Assembly: GCA_008632985.1 (NCBI GenBank)
Contig: QPGO01000255.1
Location: 1-64,000 of the forward strand
DNA from: Psammoneis japonica
Taxonomy: Eukaryota
DNA: 64,000 nt
Direction of reading: 5' to 3'
Below are positions 12,927 through 26,040 of this stretch, one piece after another (the first letter of the stretch is position 1; every line of letters begins with the position of its first letter). Made by a program: the position numbers and the translations under genes. The notes under the pieces are model-generated. The model was not told where the DNA came from. It was given only the letters and a program-made list of their open reading frames with translations, and ran no database searches.

Positions 12927-14551
12927 GCAAATGGCACCGCTGTGAACTTGATGGTTTGTGCGCCCCTTCAAGAGGCAATTGCCTTGGCAGAACAATCCAA
13001 AGCAGGTCCAATCTCTGCATTTCCAATGGATGCAACAGTGACGCTGAGCAATTCACCAGATTGCACCACTCTCCATGGGCACAGGAGCTGCTTTGAAAGG
13101 GGCCATGCCAGTTTTGATAATTCTTTTGCCAGTCTTCTCCACTTGCTGGGTGGCATTGGCATTGATGGCCATTGTTTGTTTGTCCAGCTTGCTGTCCAAA
13201 AGGGTGGCCATTCGATCTTCCGCCGACTGCTTGGCTTTTCATGCCGCATTTGATGCCTCCAACTGTGCTTGCAACTCAAGCATTTTTTCATTGTTCCTTC
13301 TTTGCCTTGTCAGCAGCAATCTTGGCTTTTGATGTTGCATTTGATGCCTCCAGCTGTGCTCACAACTCTGCAATCTCTTGTTGTTGTTGTCCCAGCTTTG
13401 CATTTTGCTCCTTCATTTTTTGATCTTTTTCATTTTGATCCAAGCACAGGTCATCAACAAGATCTTTTGTAAAACTGGTTTTGTCTTTGATCACACTGAC
13501 TTGGATTTGTCATGCAGCTGCATCATCAGCTGCTGCCATGACCTTGCTTTCTTCCATGTGAGCCCAATGATCTGCAGACACAAAAAAGGACCATGCATCA
13601 TGCTGGGGGGTGGCGGTCCACGATGGCCACCTTCGAGCTCCCCTTTGACATCATCTTTGAAAGTTCTGATGGGCACAAGAGTGTTGATGGTAGGAGGTGT
13701 CACAGCAGACATGGGTGGTGGCTTGCTGCTGTCATTGGCACTGGCAATGTTGCTGCTGTGCACGGAAGCTGCGGGTGCTTGCAGGGCATGGTCGATCTTC
13801 CATTGCATGTGTCTGGACCGTGTGGAAGCAAAGAGCTCACAGATGGGCTTTGGGCAAGGGACATTGCACAATTCTGAAAGACCATCCTTGATCTCTTGGA
13901 CAGACCATTCCGTCTTTTGGGGGTTCTTGTGCATGACAGCTGAAATGGCTTGGTGCGTGTCGCGAGGCTCCAACTCAAACTTGCCCGATGGCTTGCGAAT
14001 GAAATTTGATCCATCAAAGCTGAAATGATTCTTCTTGACTGATCACAACTCTAACCAATCACTGTTGCATCCTTTGGTCTGAAAGTAGATGGTGTTTTGC
14101 TCGACAGATCGAGATCCAGCTTTGGCCAAACAGAAGCGCCAGGCGTCGTGCATTCGCTGATCTCTCACAACTTGCTGCAATCAACGCATCGACGGTGCGC
14201 ATGACACATTGCGTGCTGCCAACAGTGGTGACGTCCCTGTCGGGTGCCAGTTCTGCACGACAAACGCGGCGATCGGAATCCTTCGTCATGGTGGATTTGT
14301 TGTTGCTCGTTGTGTTTTTTTTTGCCGTTTGGAGATTTTGCTTGCGCCCCGCGTGTTTGACACTCGAGATTCAAAATTAAAAATAGTCTTGTACGATACT
14401 ATATGTTGTTGATTATTTCTAACGGTCAGAATAACGAGAATACGTTATCATTTCCTAACGTGACGAAGATAAATATAGAGAAAGATTTCCCCCGCATGGG
14501 TCTCAACAAAATGGAAAAAGAGGCATTATACGTTGTCAAAAACACAGCACC

Positions 14552-17500
14552 ATGTTGCGTCCACGGCATTTGCTCGCGTCGCTGGTGCTGCTCAGCATCG
14601 TCGCAGCTAGCAAGAGCGCCGAGGTGAACCATGGAGACAGACTTGTCGAGTGGCTCCGTTCCAAGGACGGCTTTGTGAGCGATAAGATCGAGATTCGAAG
14701 CGCTGCAGATCCCAACGATCCGACATCTCGAAACGGTATTTTTGCCAATGCCGACTTGGAGGAGGACGAGCTCATCATATCCGTCCCTCCCGAGTGCCTC
14801 ATTCGTTCTACTCCACCCAAGAAGGACGGTCCTCTGGCTGTGGGGGACCGAGTCGAAGGAAACTACAGAGACGAAGGCGAATGGTATCCTGGCGAGTTGA
14901 CTGCGGTTCACAGCGACGGAACCTTTGACATTCATTACGATGACGGCGACAAAGAGGCAAACGTCAAGCCGAATCTCATTCGAGATATTCGACCTGGAGA
15001 ATACGGGTCCATGGATTGTCTTACGGTCCGCAACCTGATCAAGGAAATGCGTTTGGCCGATGAGTCGCAGTTTGCACCATATGTGAACTATCTACTCGAG
15101 CAGGAACGAGGACAGTTGCCGAGTGCGTGGTCTGAACCTGCAAAGAGTCTATATTCTGAAATTTTACAAGACGGTAAAGGGCAAGTTCTCCCGCCTAGTC
15201 ATGCGGTTGACTGGATCTCCGAGACCTGGCGAAAGGTATGCAACGGCAGTAAAGACCCGTTTGAAGAAAACGCCGCGTTGCTCGTGGTGCAGCGTGGATG
15301 GGACGATATCCTTATCCCTCTCTACGACATGATGAATCATCGCAACGGATGATGGCTCAATACCAAGAGTAACTCAGTACAAGAAGTCTACGATGGAGCC
15401 GATGTAGAGGTCCGTGCGTCTCGAAAAGTACAAGCGGGAGAAGAGTTGTGCACCACCTACAACTTCTGTGAAGACTGCGGCGCAAGGCTCGAAACTTATG
15501 GCACTCCGGAGATACTCCGCGACTATGGCTTTGTTGAGCAATATCCACAGCGCTGGATTTTTCACAACCAGCGGCTTGCGTTTGATCTTGACGAGAACGA
15601 TGCTGGCGAAGTGGTGCTTTGGTGGCTCCAGGAACCGAATGAAAGGGGAATCCAATTTCTTCGACAACAGTTACAGCGACTTCAGCAGATGGATGAAACT
15701 CAGCTGTCATTAAAGCCTCACTCAATACCGGCAAATGAATGGGCACTCATCAACAAATTTCATCAAGCCATCACGAATGCAATGGGCATGCCATCAGGGA
15801 CGTGAACGGGGAAGACGACGCCTGTGCCAGCGGACAAGGCGAATGCGCCGTTTCTCTTGCTAGATATGACGATCTAGATTGGCAGGCAGACGATTTAGAA
15901 TACTCCATGTACACATGTGACACGGACGAGAGTATGGGGTTCCGCGGGTATGACTCTATCGAGACAATCCATTCACCCTACCAAAAGATACATTTCATCA
16001 AAGACCCGAAGAACAACGACGTATGTTTCGATTTGGACGGTACGTAATCACTTTTTTTTCGAAATCCCTCTTCAATTATATTCGGCAAAGACTGTTCTTT
16101 TTTTGCTTCTAATTGATTCATTCAACTCAAACTTTTTCTGACTCTTTAGACATTGTCCAAATTTGCGGAAGCTATCGCCCGCACTATCACGAAATGGTGG
16201 TTCACTACGCCGCACGTTTTCTCAAGGACATTAGGCGGGTAGTTTGGGTTGGTGGTGGTGATTCAATGCTTTTGCACGAAATCATCAAGTACCCGAACCT
16301 TGAAAAAGTCATTGGCTTAGAGCTCGACCAAAAGGTAACAAGGCACAGCTTCAAGCATTTCGGGACACAACCCCATTGGGACAATAACAAGGTCGAGTGG
16401 TGGTATGGGGACGCGACCAAGAGCCTTCTCATGCTCCCAGAAGACTATTTTGGCTCGTTTGATATGGTTCTCGTTGATCTGTCCGAGACTGTTAGTACGT
16501 ATCGAAGCGTGTCGAGTGCCTATTTCTGTCGGACCTTGTATCAAAATTCACATTCCGACTCTTTCTCTAGTGTCATTCTTGGTTACGGCAGAATTGGATG
16601 TCATGGAAGCCCTTTCACTTCTTTTGAAACCGGAAGGCATCTTTGTAAAGAATGAGCTGTACTTGGAGAAGCTGAGCAAAATATTTGACTACACTATTCA
16701 AATTCACTACTATGACACTCCTGTTATTTGCTCTCAAGCACTGATAATGGGAAGCAACAAGGTCGATTTTCTTCAACGAAATCTTACGGACCACGGAATA
16801 GAGAACCTCTACTTGCCACCGCTTGACTTGAGCAAGGATAGGTACGAGATCTTCCACGACTACAGAAGGAATCACACGAGTGTTCAAAAGCATTGCAAAG
16901 ATGTGTTGGACCCGGAGCGAGAACCGGAGGTACAAGACAAGAGCCCAGGTATTCTCATGATTCTCGAGGCTGAGAATGTCGCTGGAAAGCTTTCTCCACC
17001 GAAGGAATTGAAACATTCAGTTGAGCAGGCCCTCAAGAATGCCGGTCTTTCTGTGAAAACATCTGTATTATCGGAAGAGAAGGGTGGCATTATCTTTACT
17101 ATCCTTAAAGAAGGCTACGTGGTCGCTCGTATGTGGCCGGAGCATAAGTATTGTGCGTTTGATGTCCACTTGTGGAGTCGCTTCAGCCTCCACGACAACG
17201 TGAAGAAGGCTCTACTGGATGCCGTTCAAAGTTCTTCTTCATCTTCTTTTCGTATCGTTGCGGGAGGCATGTTTAACGTAGACTCATGGCAAGGGGACGT
17301 GAAGAGCCGTGGGCCGCGTATTACTCAATTGTGTGACCGTCCACCCGCTGTCGCACGAGATGCTGAGTTTGATCAGAAGCAAATCGATGTAGTGCTGGAT
17401 GAAACCTTGGCCCTTACCCAAGACAGTAGTTGCCTCGTTTCGATTTTATGTGGACCGGAGAAGAACGGCTGCAGCAGCTTGGATGTACTTCAGAAGAGTA

Positions 17501-18513
17501 GCAACGTCGGCGATGTGTTGGCGCTGTGGACATGTTCCGGCTTGGACAGCAATGAGTATGCCGAAGGAGTATCGAAGCAGATGTTTGAGTGCGAAAAGGA
17601 GCTTCTTGCTGCAATGAGGGGAGCAGTCGCTGAGAAAGACCAGCAAATTCGCTCAATCGTTGTAGACACCGGCGCACCTCGTGCTTCTACTCAGATCCTG
17701 CATAGAATCTTTAGCAGCAACTTCAACCGGCACGAACTGCTGACCCCGGACGTGTTGATTGTTGCACCAATGGTTAACATGGACGAAGATTGGCGAAGAC
17801 ACTTTTTGGAGCGTTTCCGGAAAGATATTATTGAATTTGAGCCTGTGTTTAGGAGCGAAGTCAAGTTCAACACATCAGACAGCAGTCTCGAGCTAGGCCT
17901 CACCTCATCGGGCGACACTCATTTCTTTCGACATTTGGTCGAATTGACGGAGAGAATCGAAAAGCTGACAGGTCTCGTATCAGAACCCCGCATTGTAGCC
18001 GGCGGCTTTTGGACATACCAAGACGACTTTGTGCCGTCTCAATTCTTTTTGCCTGGTCACTACGATCAAAGTGGACCGCTTGAACAGTTCACGAAACAGC
18101 AGCCATTGGGCCATCAAACCATCTTTCAACTGGAGGACCAGGGAGACGTTCCCAAAATACGTTGCAGCCAAGTCAAAGAGAATTTGAGTAGAGCGCTCGA
18201 AGGAGTGGCATCCGAAGGTACTGCTCGTGTGAAAGTTGATGAGTTCTCGGACGAGGGGGACGGGTGTGTTCTTCTTTCCATGTGGTCAGGAGGTTGTGCC
18301 ATTGTAACCTGGGATGGGAATATCCACATTGACATAAACCTTTTCACCTACTCGGAAAGTGTGGATGTTGCCAATAACTTTGCGGATGCCTTCAAGGCAG
18401 AGAACCCATCGTTGAAGGTCGTTCTGAGAGATGAACAACCGAGAGGGTTTGGTCGTGTTGTCAACTTTCTAAAAGATATTGAGCCACGGGCTGATCCTCA
18501 CTGGGCCACTTAA
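14552..18513 (+). CDS. Putative long-chain polyamine biosynthesis fusion: signal peptide + SET methyltransferase (with Tudor-like insert) + spermidine/spermine-synthase-like aminopropyltransferase + AdoMetDC-like domains
   Basis: Hydrophobic N-terminus. SET motifs SRNGIFA, PLYDMMNHRNG and GEELCTTY..C..C..YG. Tudor-like VGDRVEGNY..GEWYPG..FDIHYDDGD. Aminopropyltransferase VVWVGGGDSMLLHEIIKYP..IGLELD, YGDA and VLVDLSE. AdoMetDC-like EGYVVARMWPEHKYCAFDVHLW. Introns 16040-16149 and 16495-16570 restore the frame. There is an in-frame TGA at 15350 and a 1-nt frameshift at ~15786. Confidence 0.85.
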
Positions 18514-18919
18514 AAGATGACGAGTCAGGTAAGCCAGGTCCGTATCTACTGCCGCTGCAGGCTACAATCTGTAGGAGTAAGATACTGTACTACTCCTCTG
18601 GCTTTAGGGAAGAAAAAAGCGCCTTATTCCTAGGACGTTGGTACCCGTGCTCCATGCTCCCTAACATTGAAAACGGAAACTCTAGAGTGCAGTACTGTAG
18701 AGAGTGCCCGGCAAATTATGAAAGGGCAGTCCATCCGTCCATGGCTTTCTTCTATAGTCGGACGAGAGCGCATGTGTAAGCTTTCGAAGAACCCGAGAAA
18801 CTCTTTGAAGAGCGACTTGGTGAGATATCGAGTCGGAACTGCCATGTCGAGGTAGTCTTGGAGGCGATGCTTCAAATACGTGAATCGATTCTGAACAAAG
18901 ATCCAGTGTGGTATCGACT

Positions 18920-19257
18920 TTGCAGAGAATGCAGGTAGCGAAGGAGCCGTGGTTCTAGCCAAGATTCAAGTTCTTACGGAAGAAAAGGGAGTAAGTTGTC
19001 TTTGTATCAGGCGGCCCTAGTTCTTGCAGCTTGGTTGGGGATGGGATGCTGCTACCCTGGAATACTGCGACTTTATGGAGAGAGGTATCATTGACCCAGT
19101 CAAGGTGACTATTAACGCCAATGAAAACTCGGCAAGTGTGGCTGGATTGGTTCTCACAACCGAATGCCTGGTGACGGAAATTCCGATTGAGATGAGCGAA
19201 GAGGATACGCAGAGGAAGTTTGATCAGAACGCCATGGGGAGCAGGCATGGGTCATGA
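18920..19257 (+). pseudogene. C-terminal fragment of chaperonin Cpn60/GroEL with one intron
   Basis: AENAGSEGAVVLAKI [GTAAG..CAG intron] [45 protein letters not shown]. No upstream part of the gene is present. Confidence 0.8.
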
Positions 19258-21109
19258 TATTCCAGTTGCGTAGTTAGGAACTCAATCTGACTCGTTTACT
19301 TCCTGGTGTGACTCGTTTACTTCCTGGCGACTGTTTACATATGTCTCTCACAACGTGGCATTTTTTCTTGTTGTAGACTACTAAATAGCTAAAGCCTTTA
19401 CTGGTATATGGTATTGTTGCAGCCTCTCTCTATGGTAGAATGGGGATTATTCTTGCAAGTATGTTAAACCGTTTGAAATCCTTGCAGCTAGAAGATGCAT
19501 TTGAATCCGTCTATTGTCCGAAGTGCAAAAAGGGATAGTAGCATTGCTCGCCAGTCAAGTTGCAGTGTGAGGGATTGTTTCAGGGCTATTTAGGTCGACC
19601 CAAAGCGCGTTGATAGCTCAAACGAGGGAGGCAGTACTTCGCTACGTCCACCGCATCGCCTCCTTCGTTATAGCTTCTTTCACCTGCGCAGCAAATGGTA
19701 CAGCCCTGGACGCAGCTCTCTGCAATTTCGGAAAACGATCTGTTTTGCTATGTAAGGAGCCACGAGAAGAAGGGCGAATACGGTGAATGGGCTTGGGGCG
19801 GCGGCCGTGATCATGAGAGTGCTTAGTGAAATTGATTTAAGTGACTGCTGTGTCTTGGAGAACGCACTCGGGCCGTCTGCTTGCAACGCAGAACCGCTTT
19901 CACAGAAATTCTCGATTATCTACGTACTTTCAAACAAAAGTAACTACCAAGGCTCAGGGAGTCGCGTCATTTGTAGGTGTGTCGCGGATGGGATGTTTCT
20001 CGGGGAACACGTCAACCGGCAAGGGCCAGAGTCGCGCCTGTTGCTTAAGAACGCAACCCACAGCGTGGATTACGCGAAGATCGGAGGTAGATGTGCATTC
20101 AGTATCACCTATCAATCCAGTGAAACGAATGACAGATACTTGAAGGAGCTCGAGGAAAACCATTTTCGATCCGACTCAACGCTTTATCTTCTCGCAAACG
20201 ACATGGGATGACGACATTAATGGGAGCCATGAGAACGCCACTGTCCTGACAACATCGCTAGCAACCGTAGATGCGACTGTAAATAATATGTAGATTCCCC
20301 TTGCTGTATTTCTCTTTTTACATACATCTACCAAGATAGAATAGAAATCAAAATCTGAAAAAGAGTGTGAGTTATAAAGTATAACTCAGCGAGAGGGTCG
20401 CAATCGCAAACGAAACAAGCAGATCTTCAAACGCTGTGGGACGTGGAGAATATAGCTGATATAACGGGCCGGCGACCCATAGGAGTATTAAACCTACGGG
20501 GGATCAGATATGAGATGCTCAATGAGCAACTCAAGCGGTCTGAACCACCTTACAACCTTCACGAAAAAGGCTGCCCTTCGGGGTATCAAGCACACCGTCT
20601 TGGTCCACGACGTCTACAGGCATTCAGCGTGCATTCAAAGAAAGAAAGCAGAGGCTGGCCCTCCTCTGATGGAGCTAATACATCGCAGTGTACTAGAAAG
20701 TGCACTGGCTGGCTCTCACTACTGCCGTATTGGACGTTTACAAGTATTCAGCGCACACGCAAGAAGCGAGTTTGCTGGCAATCGTGGTGTATCTCCGTCG
20801 GAACCACGGACTACTTTGACAGGCAATCGTCATTTCGCCTCGAACCGACTTCCAAAGATATACGCAATCAAACGCACAGAGGAAAACCGTCAAGGACCCA
20901 AGCCTTCAGGTCTACATGGTAATCGTGTGCGGACGACATTCAATGACTTAACTCCAGCAGATCTAATTCGCAACGAGAACGAGACGATCGACTCACCTTT
21001 AGCAGAGTTATGATGCAACCATGACAATAAAGACAACGATGTGTTTCAAAAGGTCGAATGGCGATTTTTGTGTGGTTCGTGCAACAATGAGCAAAGTGAT
21101 TCGGATTTC

Positions 21110-21630
21110 GCTTGTCCCAGGCTTGCCGTTTCAAAATTTTTGAAAATGTGGCGGGAAAAACAACGGGTTTTTCACTATCACATTTTGTGTACTTCGTGAT
21201 ACCCCGATGCTGGCGGCTGACGTCGGCCAAGCACGAGCTCCGAACTCCAAGATTTCCTTCCCTCCGCCAAAACACACACCACACCGCAGGTTTCGATCGC
21301 CAACAACATCACAGCAACAATATATAACAACGAACAGCGTTGTTTCCAAGAGCAGAAGAAGCAATACGGTATATTTGAACCGCAAGAAAACACACTGTGC
21401 ACCAGCAAAGGGATAACTTGAGTGCTCTGATACTACAGTACCGGTATTCAAAAGTGTCAGCATGACTATGCCCTGTGTTTCGTTGACCTGACGTCTCGAC
21501 TCGAGTCGACTCCGCTTGTTCTCGTGGTGGCTGTGGCATCCTTTTGTGGACCCGAAAGCAAGTCTCTCCTTGCGGCTTTACCCTTGCTCGAAAAAGACTA
21601 CGACGGGGGTTCTACCTGCTGTGATCCTGC
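21110..21630 (+). repeat. Diverged direct repeat, copy A
   Basis: Shares ordered blocks with 25600-26040: AATTTTTGAAAATGTGGCGGGA, GAGCTCCGAACTCCAAGATTTC, GTCTCGACTCGAGT and TTTACCCTTGCTCGAAAAAGACTACGAC. Confidence 0.85.
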
Positions 21631-22899
21631 CCTCTTATGCCGATGCCAGGTTGCGATATGATGGCGGCCAAGAATTCGAGTGCAAGGCCCACGGCTCAAT
21701 GTTTGTCGTCTCTGTTCTTCAACCGACTGGGGAATAAGGCATCAATGATGCGATTCTTACTGAAGTGGTAGAAGCAAAGAAAACAAAGAAAAGAAAATGA
21801 GCGACGACAAACGTTGCGGCGGAGCGAGAATCGATTGCGGTATGTTGGTGGTGCGCGTTATGCATCCGGCAATGAGATATCTCACTGAGCTTGCCGCGAA
21901 TCATGCGTTGCTGAGAGAGAGAGAGCGTGTGTGTTGGTTTGATATTGCTGAATATCTGGTACGCCCTTGTCGAATCACTCGTACGATGTGTCTACCGACA
22001 GAGCAAGGCAATGTGCGGCGTGAGTTTGGTTCTAGCGGTATGTTTGTTTGAACTGTGGATGGAGCCGCGAAAAATATGCTCTATGTTTGTTGATTCAGAG
22101 CTCTTGTTACACAGAGACTTGATGAGTTGAGTCCATCTCCTATGTTTTTGTGTACGCCTGATAGCAATAACAAGGCTCACAGTAGCCATGGCCCCTCTGG
22201 AATACCGCTCTTCACGTATTGTTTTTGTTTTTTTGCGTTGTTGTTGCTGCTATTGAATTTTTACTTTCCACTGCTACTGCTGAGTTCAATCCATCAAACT
22301 TATGCACATAACTTGCACGCACTTGTTTCCAGTGTTGGAATGCCAAATGTGCCGAAACCCACCTGAGTGGCGATCCGTTCTGAGTCGGTGGTGGAATGGC
22401 TTGGCTGCGACAACGGAATGAGTCTAGTTGCCGACTCAGGACACATCTCACATGCAACGTGGTTGGATTTGCTTTTTGACATAAAAGAGGCTGCGGCGAT
22501 GGTGGCAAACAATTTGTTGGAAAAATCATCTTGTGGCTCCGCGTTTGGTCCCAGAAATGCACACTCAAGGCATTTGTCTTGCAGGTCATCAGCGCAGCAC
22601 AATGAACGGTGGATCACAACTCCACCAATGTTTCTTGTTGGCACAGTTGGAGAAATGAGTTGCTCATCCATTGGATTTGTGAGGATTCAACAGTTGGGAC
22701 TGCAGCTTCTCCCATTCCTCTTGTCAGCTTGGTGGCAAAGGCAACCTTTTATGCTTGTGGAGGCTTGGGCAATTCCTTGTGGTGTGCTTGGCTTTGCCAC
22801 AAGCACTGCAGTCTTTCTTCCTTTGTTTGGCTGGTTGGAGACAGGTTGCATCGTCAGAAGATCTCATGAATGCCAATTGGCTGCTTCCTCTGGGAGAGC

Positions 22900-25300
22900 T
22901 GCAGCTGCCGGCACTCCGAGGGAGTTCATGCTTGGAACACAGGCGCTTCCGTCAAGACGCATCTCGCCCAGCTTGCAAAATGCCAGGGATTGGTGCAGCT
23001 TCTGGGTTGTCAAGAACTTTGGTGTTCCCAGCTGCATCATCAAAGACAGCACGCATGCTCAACCCTCATTGTGCTCTGGCCACAACAGCATCCAACAAAG
23101 AAGAAAAAGCCGCCATCTTCTCTTGGTTGCCTTGCAGAAGCCTCGCAATGTTGGAGGCTTGAGTGTTCAGATCCTGGTGCGTGAGGTGCACTGGCATGTC
23201 TTCTTTGTCCAACCTGTGTTCTCTTGAATGAACCAAGTCATTGTTTTCAAAGTCAACCTTGTCATCATTGGCGTGTGCCGTGCCGCTGCAATTCTTGACT
23301 GTTGTCCATGTCATTGACACTCGGCAGTGCATTCTCACCAACTTTCTCAATTCCACCAATCTTCTCAATGTCCAACAATGTGCAAGCATGATCTGGCATG
23401 CCTGCAAAGCATGTGTGTTTTGACAGCCAGTGTTTGATCCATTTGGATGGATCAACCTTGCCATCTGCACATTGTTCATGATGGCATTGATGACAGAAGG
23501 CCAAGCGAGTGCTGCACGGGCATCGCTTTCCAGGTTCAATCACCATCAGCTCTTTGCATGTTTCATCCTTGCTGCAAGGCCAAACATGCTTTGTTCCATC
23601 TTCAGCTGTTCTGACTTGGAGCTTTCGACTCTTGGCAATGGAAGGAAGAAATGGATTTGTGCAAGCCCGTGCAGAGAAGCTTCTCTTTGCAAGCTCATCA
23701 TCTCCCACAAGCAGACCTTGTTGATTGGATTTGTGCCTTGAGGGATGGACCTGAAGTTGATCTTTTTGCTTTCAAAGTTTGCAGGTGAGAATGTCTTGGT
23801 GTTTTGGCAAGTGCTGGATGTGCTTGGCAATTGACCAACTGCCCTCCCAAGCCAAGATTGGTGACAATGCTCAAATGATTTTGCTTGGCTGGTGTGGAAC
23901 CATCAAGATTCAAGTTTCCTTCCTGTTCCCTGAGATGGCATCCAGCATGGTGCTCTGAATTGTCACAAACACTTGGCAGCACTTGCAGCTTCACTGCATC
24001 TGCCTGCGCCATTGTTTTTGCAAAATTAAAAGCTGTGCCCCACTTGTTCTTGGTTTTGGACTCTGTCACAGTTCTGAGACAGTTCTGGATTTGCAGGCAG
24101 TGCACTCATCCAAAAGCTTTTTTTGATGAGAACACTTTGTCAAGAGTGTGATGGTGGTCACCCTTGAGAAGCATGCTGTGGTCGCCTTTGTTGTTCTTGC
24201 ATTCCAGCTCCAGCAAACCAACAAAACCTTGAGCAATGTGTTGGTGGGCAAACACCATTTGGATGCAATTGATGCTCCAACGCGGCTCCATGTCCGCCGC
24301 CAACAGAAGCATCCATCAGTGGTGCTTGTGGGCTTCTTCTGTGCAAATGCACTCTGTCACACACTGAACCTTCATTTCACAATCCTTCACACAAGGTCCA
24401 ATGTGTGGCCATCCTTGATTGTTGTGCTGTCATTTCTGACCATCCAGAAAAAGAATGTCCCCACAATGCAGCAAGTCCTGTTGCATTTCTGCCACAATCC
24501 AGCAAAGTGCTTTGGTTGTCCTGTGTCATCACATTTCAAATGGAAGTCAAACGCAAAGAGCTCTTTCTTTGGATCTTGCAAACACTGCAGTGCGCCCCAG
24601 GTCAACCTGCTGTTTCACATGATCTTCTGCAATGTTCATCTGAGATTTAGCCTCACCAAAGAGCTGTTCAAAACAATCAATTCATCTGACACAACAGGCA
24701 CATTTGACGTGAGGCACTTCACATCTTGAGGTGACACCTCGTCATTTTCATCATTGTGCAGTGTCCAGCTGGCAACCTGGCTTTGGAAGTTGGGCATGAA
24801 TTTAGCATCAGCATCCACATGCAAAGGCAGGTGCTTCAGCAGTTTGTGACAAAGGTCTTCTTCTGCCTTCATGCACAGGTGGTCTTGAAGACCACCAACT
24901 GCACTCTCTGAAGTCCATCCAAGCTTCACAGCTCTCACAAGTTGAGCATGACTTGCAAACACTTGACCCTCAACAAAAAGCTTCTTGGCTGCCTTTTGCT
25001 TGAATGCGTCCTTGCAGCATTTGTTGGATTGCTCACAGCAAATCTCATTGTTGGAAGGAGCCTGTGCTTGCATCTCTTCCTCAAAACTGGTGGCGACCCA
25101 GTTCACGGAGATTGCAGAGACTTGCTTTGCTTCTTGATTTCATCTTCTGCCATGTTTTGTGCCCCACATTGATCAAGCCAATCGGGTGGATGCAGCATGG
25201 GAGAAATGTCCATGTTGTTTCCTGCTTTCTTGCTGTGCTGCAACAGCACAGTGGGGCAACTTGGACACTTGCGCATCTTTGTCAGCTTGGGTGTGGACAG
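22900..25300 (-). mobile_element. Degenerate MULE (Mutator-like) transposase with SWIM zinc finger
   Basis: FDFHLKCDDTG, CVKDCEMKVQC..ECIC.EE, ADMEPRW...FAHQ, LKGDHHH (~LRGDYYH), NLNLDGSTPAKQNH (~GSVPAEQNH) and SWIM-like RCPCSTRLAFCHQCHHE. Many stops. Confidence 0.75.
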
Positions 25301-25599
25301 CACACTCTTGGGTGCATGTGGCATGGCCTCTTTGGTGTGTCAGTGTCTTGTCATCATGACACAAACAACAGTGTGGATGCACTCGACAGTGTTGTCATTG
25401 TGTCTTGTCGCAAGATTTTGTGGCGCACTCGCACCAGTCTTCATCAGCTGACAAAGGGGGGAGGGGGGGGACATCTGTGGTTGGAACAAGTGATGTGTGG
25501 CAGTTCCCATGTGACAGCAACAATGACGTCGAACATTTCATGAAAAAGGCGTGGTGAGCATTTGGTGAGCAACTCCATGGTGAGCAATTAGCAGCTCTC

Positions 25600-26040
25600 C
25601 TGGGCTTGCAGTTTTTCTAAATTTTTGAAAATGTGGCGGGACCAATGGGTTTTTCACTGTCACACTGTTTTGTGTTCGTTGCGAACCCCAATGACGTCGG
25701 CCAAATTCATCACAGATATCTAAGATCACAGCATGCGAGCTCCGAACTCCAAGATTTCTTTCCCCCTCCGCAAAAAACCAAGGCAACACTATGTCGTCGC
25801 TTCCAAGAGCAGCACATTATTTGAACCACCAGCAAACACAGTGTACACCAACAATGAGATAACTCGAGTGCTGATTCTGCAGTGTTCAAAAGTGACAGCA
25901 TGACTGTGCGACGACGAAACCACCCTCGTTGACCTAACGTCTCGACTCGAGTTGGACCCGAAAGCCAGCCTCTCCTTTTACGGGTTTACCCTTGCTCGAA
26001 AAAGACTACGACAGTGGTTCTACTTGCTCTGGTCCTGTCC
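25600..26040 (+). repeat. Diverged direct repeat, copy B
   Basis: See copy A at 21110-21630. Confidence 0.85.

Noticed and set aside
3640..14370. Many overlapping Cys/His-rich ORFs as real genes or an alternative genetic code
   Set aside because: Loss of TpA removes TAA/TAG stops and Tyr codons, which inflates ORFs in all six frames. Neighbouring genes use the standard code.
15350..15352. TGA as selenocysteine or a reassigned codon
   Set aside because: The position is not a catalytic Cys/Trp site, Trp is TGG elsewhere in the gene, and no SECIS element was recognised.
19680..21013. ORFs of 140-170 aa (also 26189-26560 and 27550-28480)
   Set aside because: No recognisable motif or consistent exon structure.
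21110..26040. LTR pair of a retrotransposon
   Set aside because: No TG..CA ends, PBS or PPT seen, and the interior is a MULE transposase remnant.
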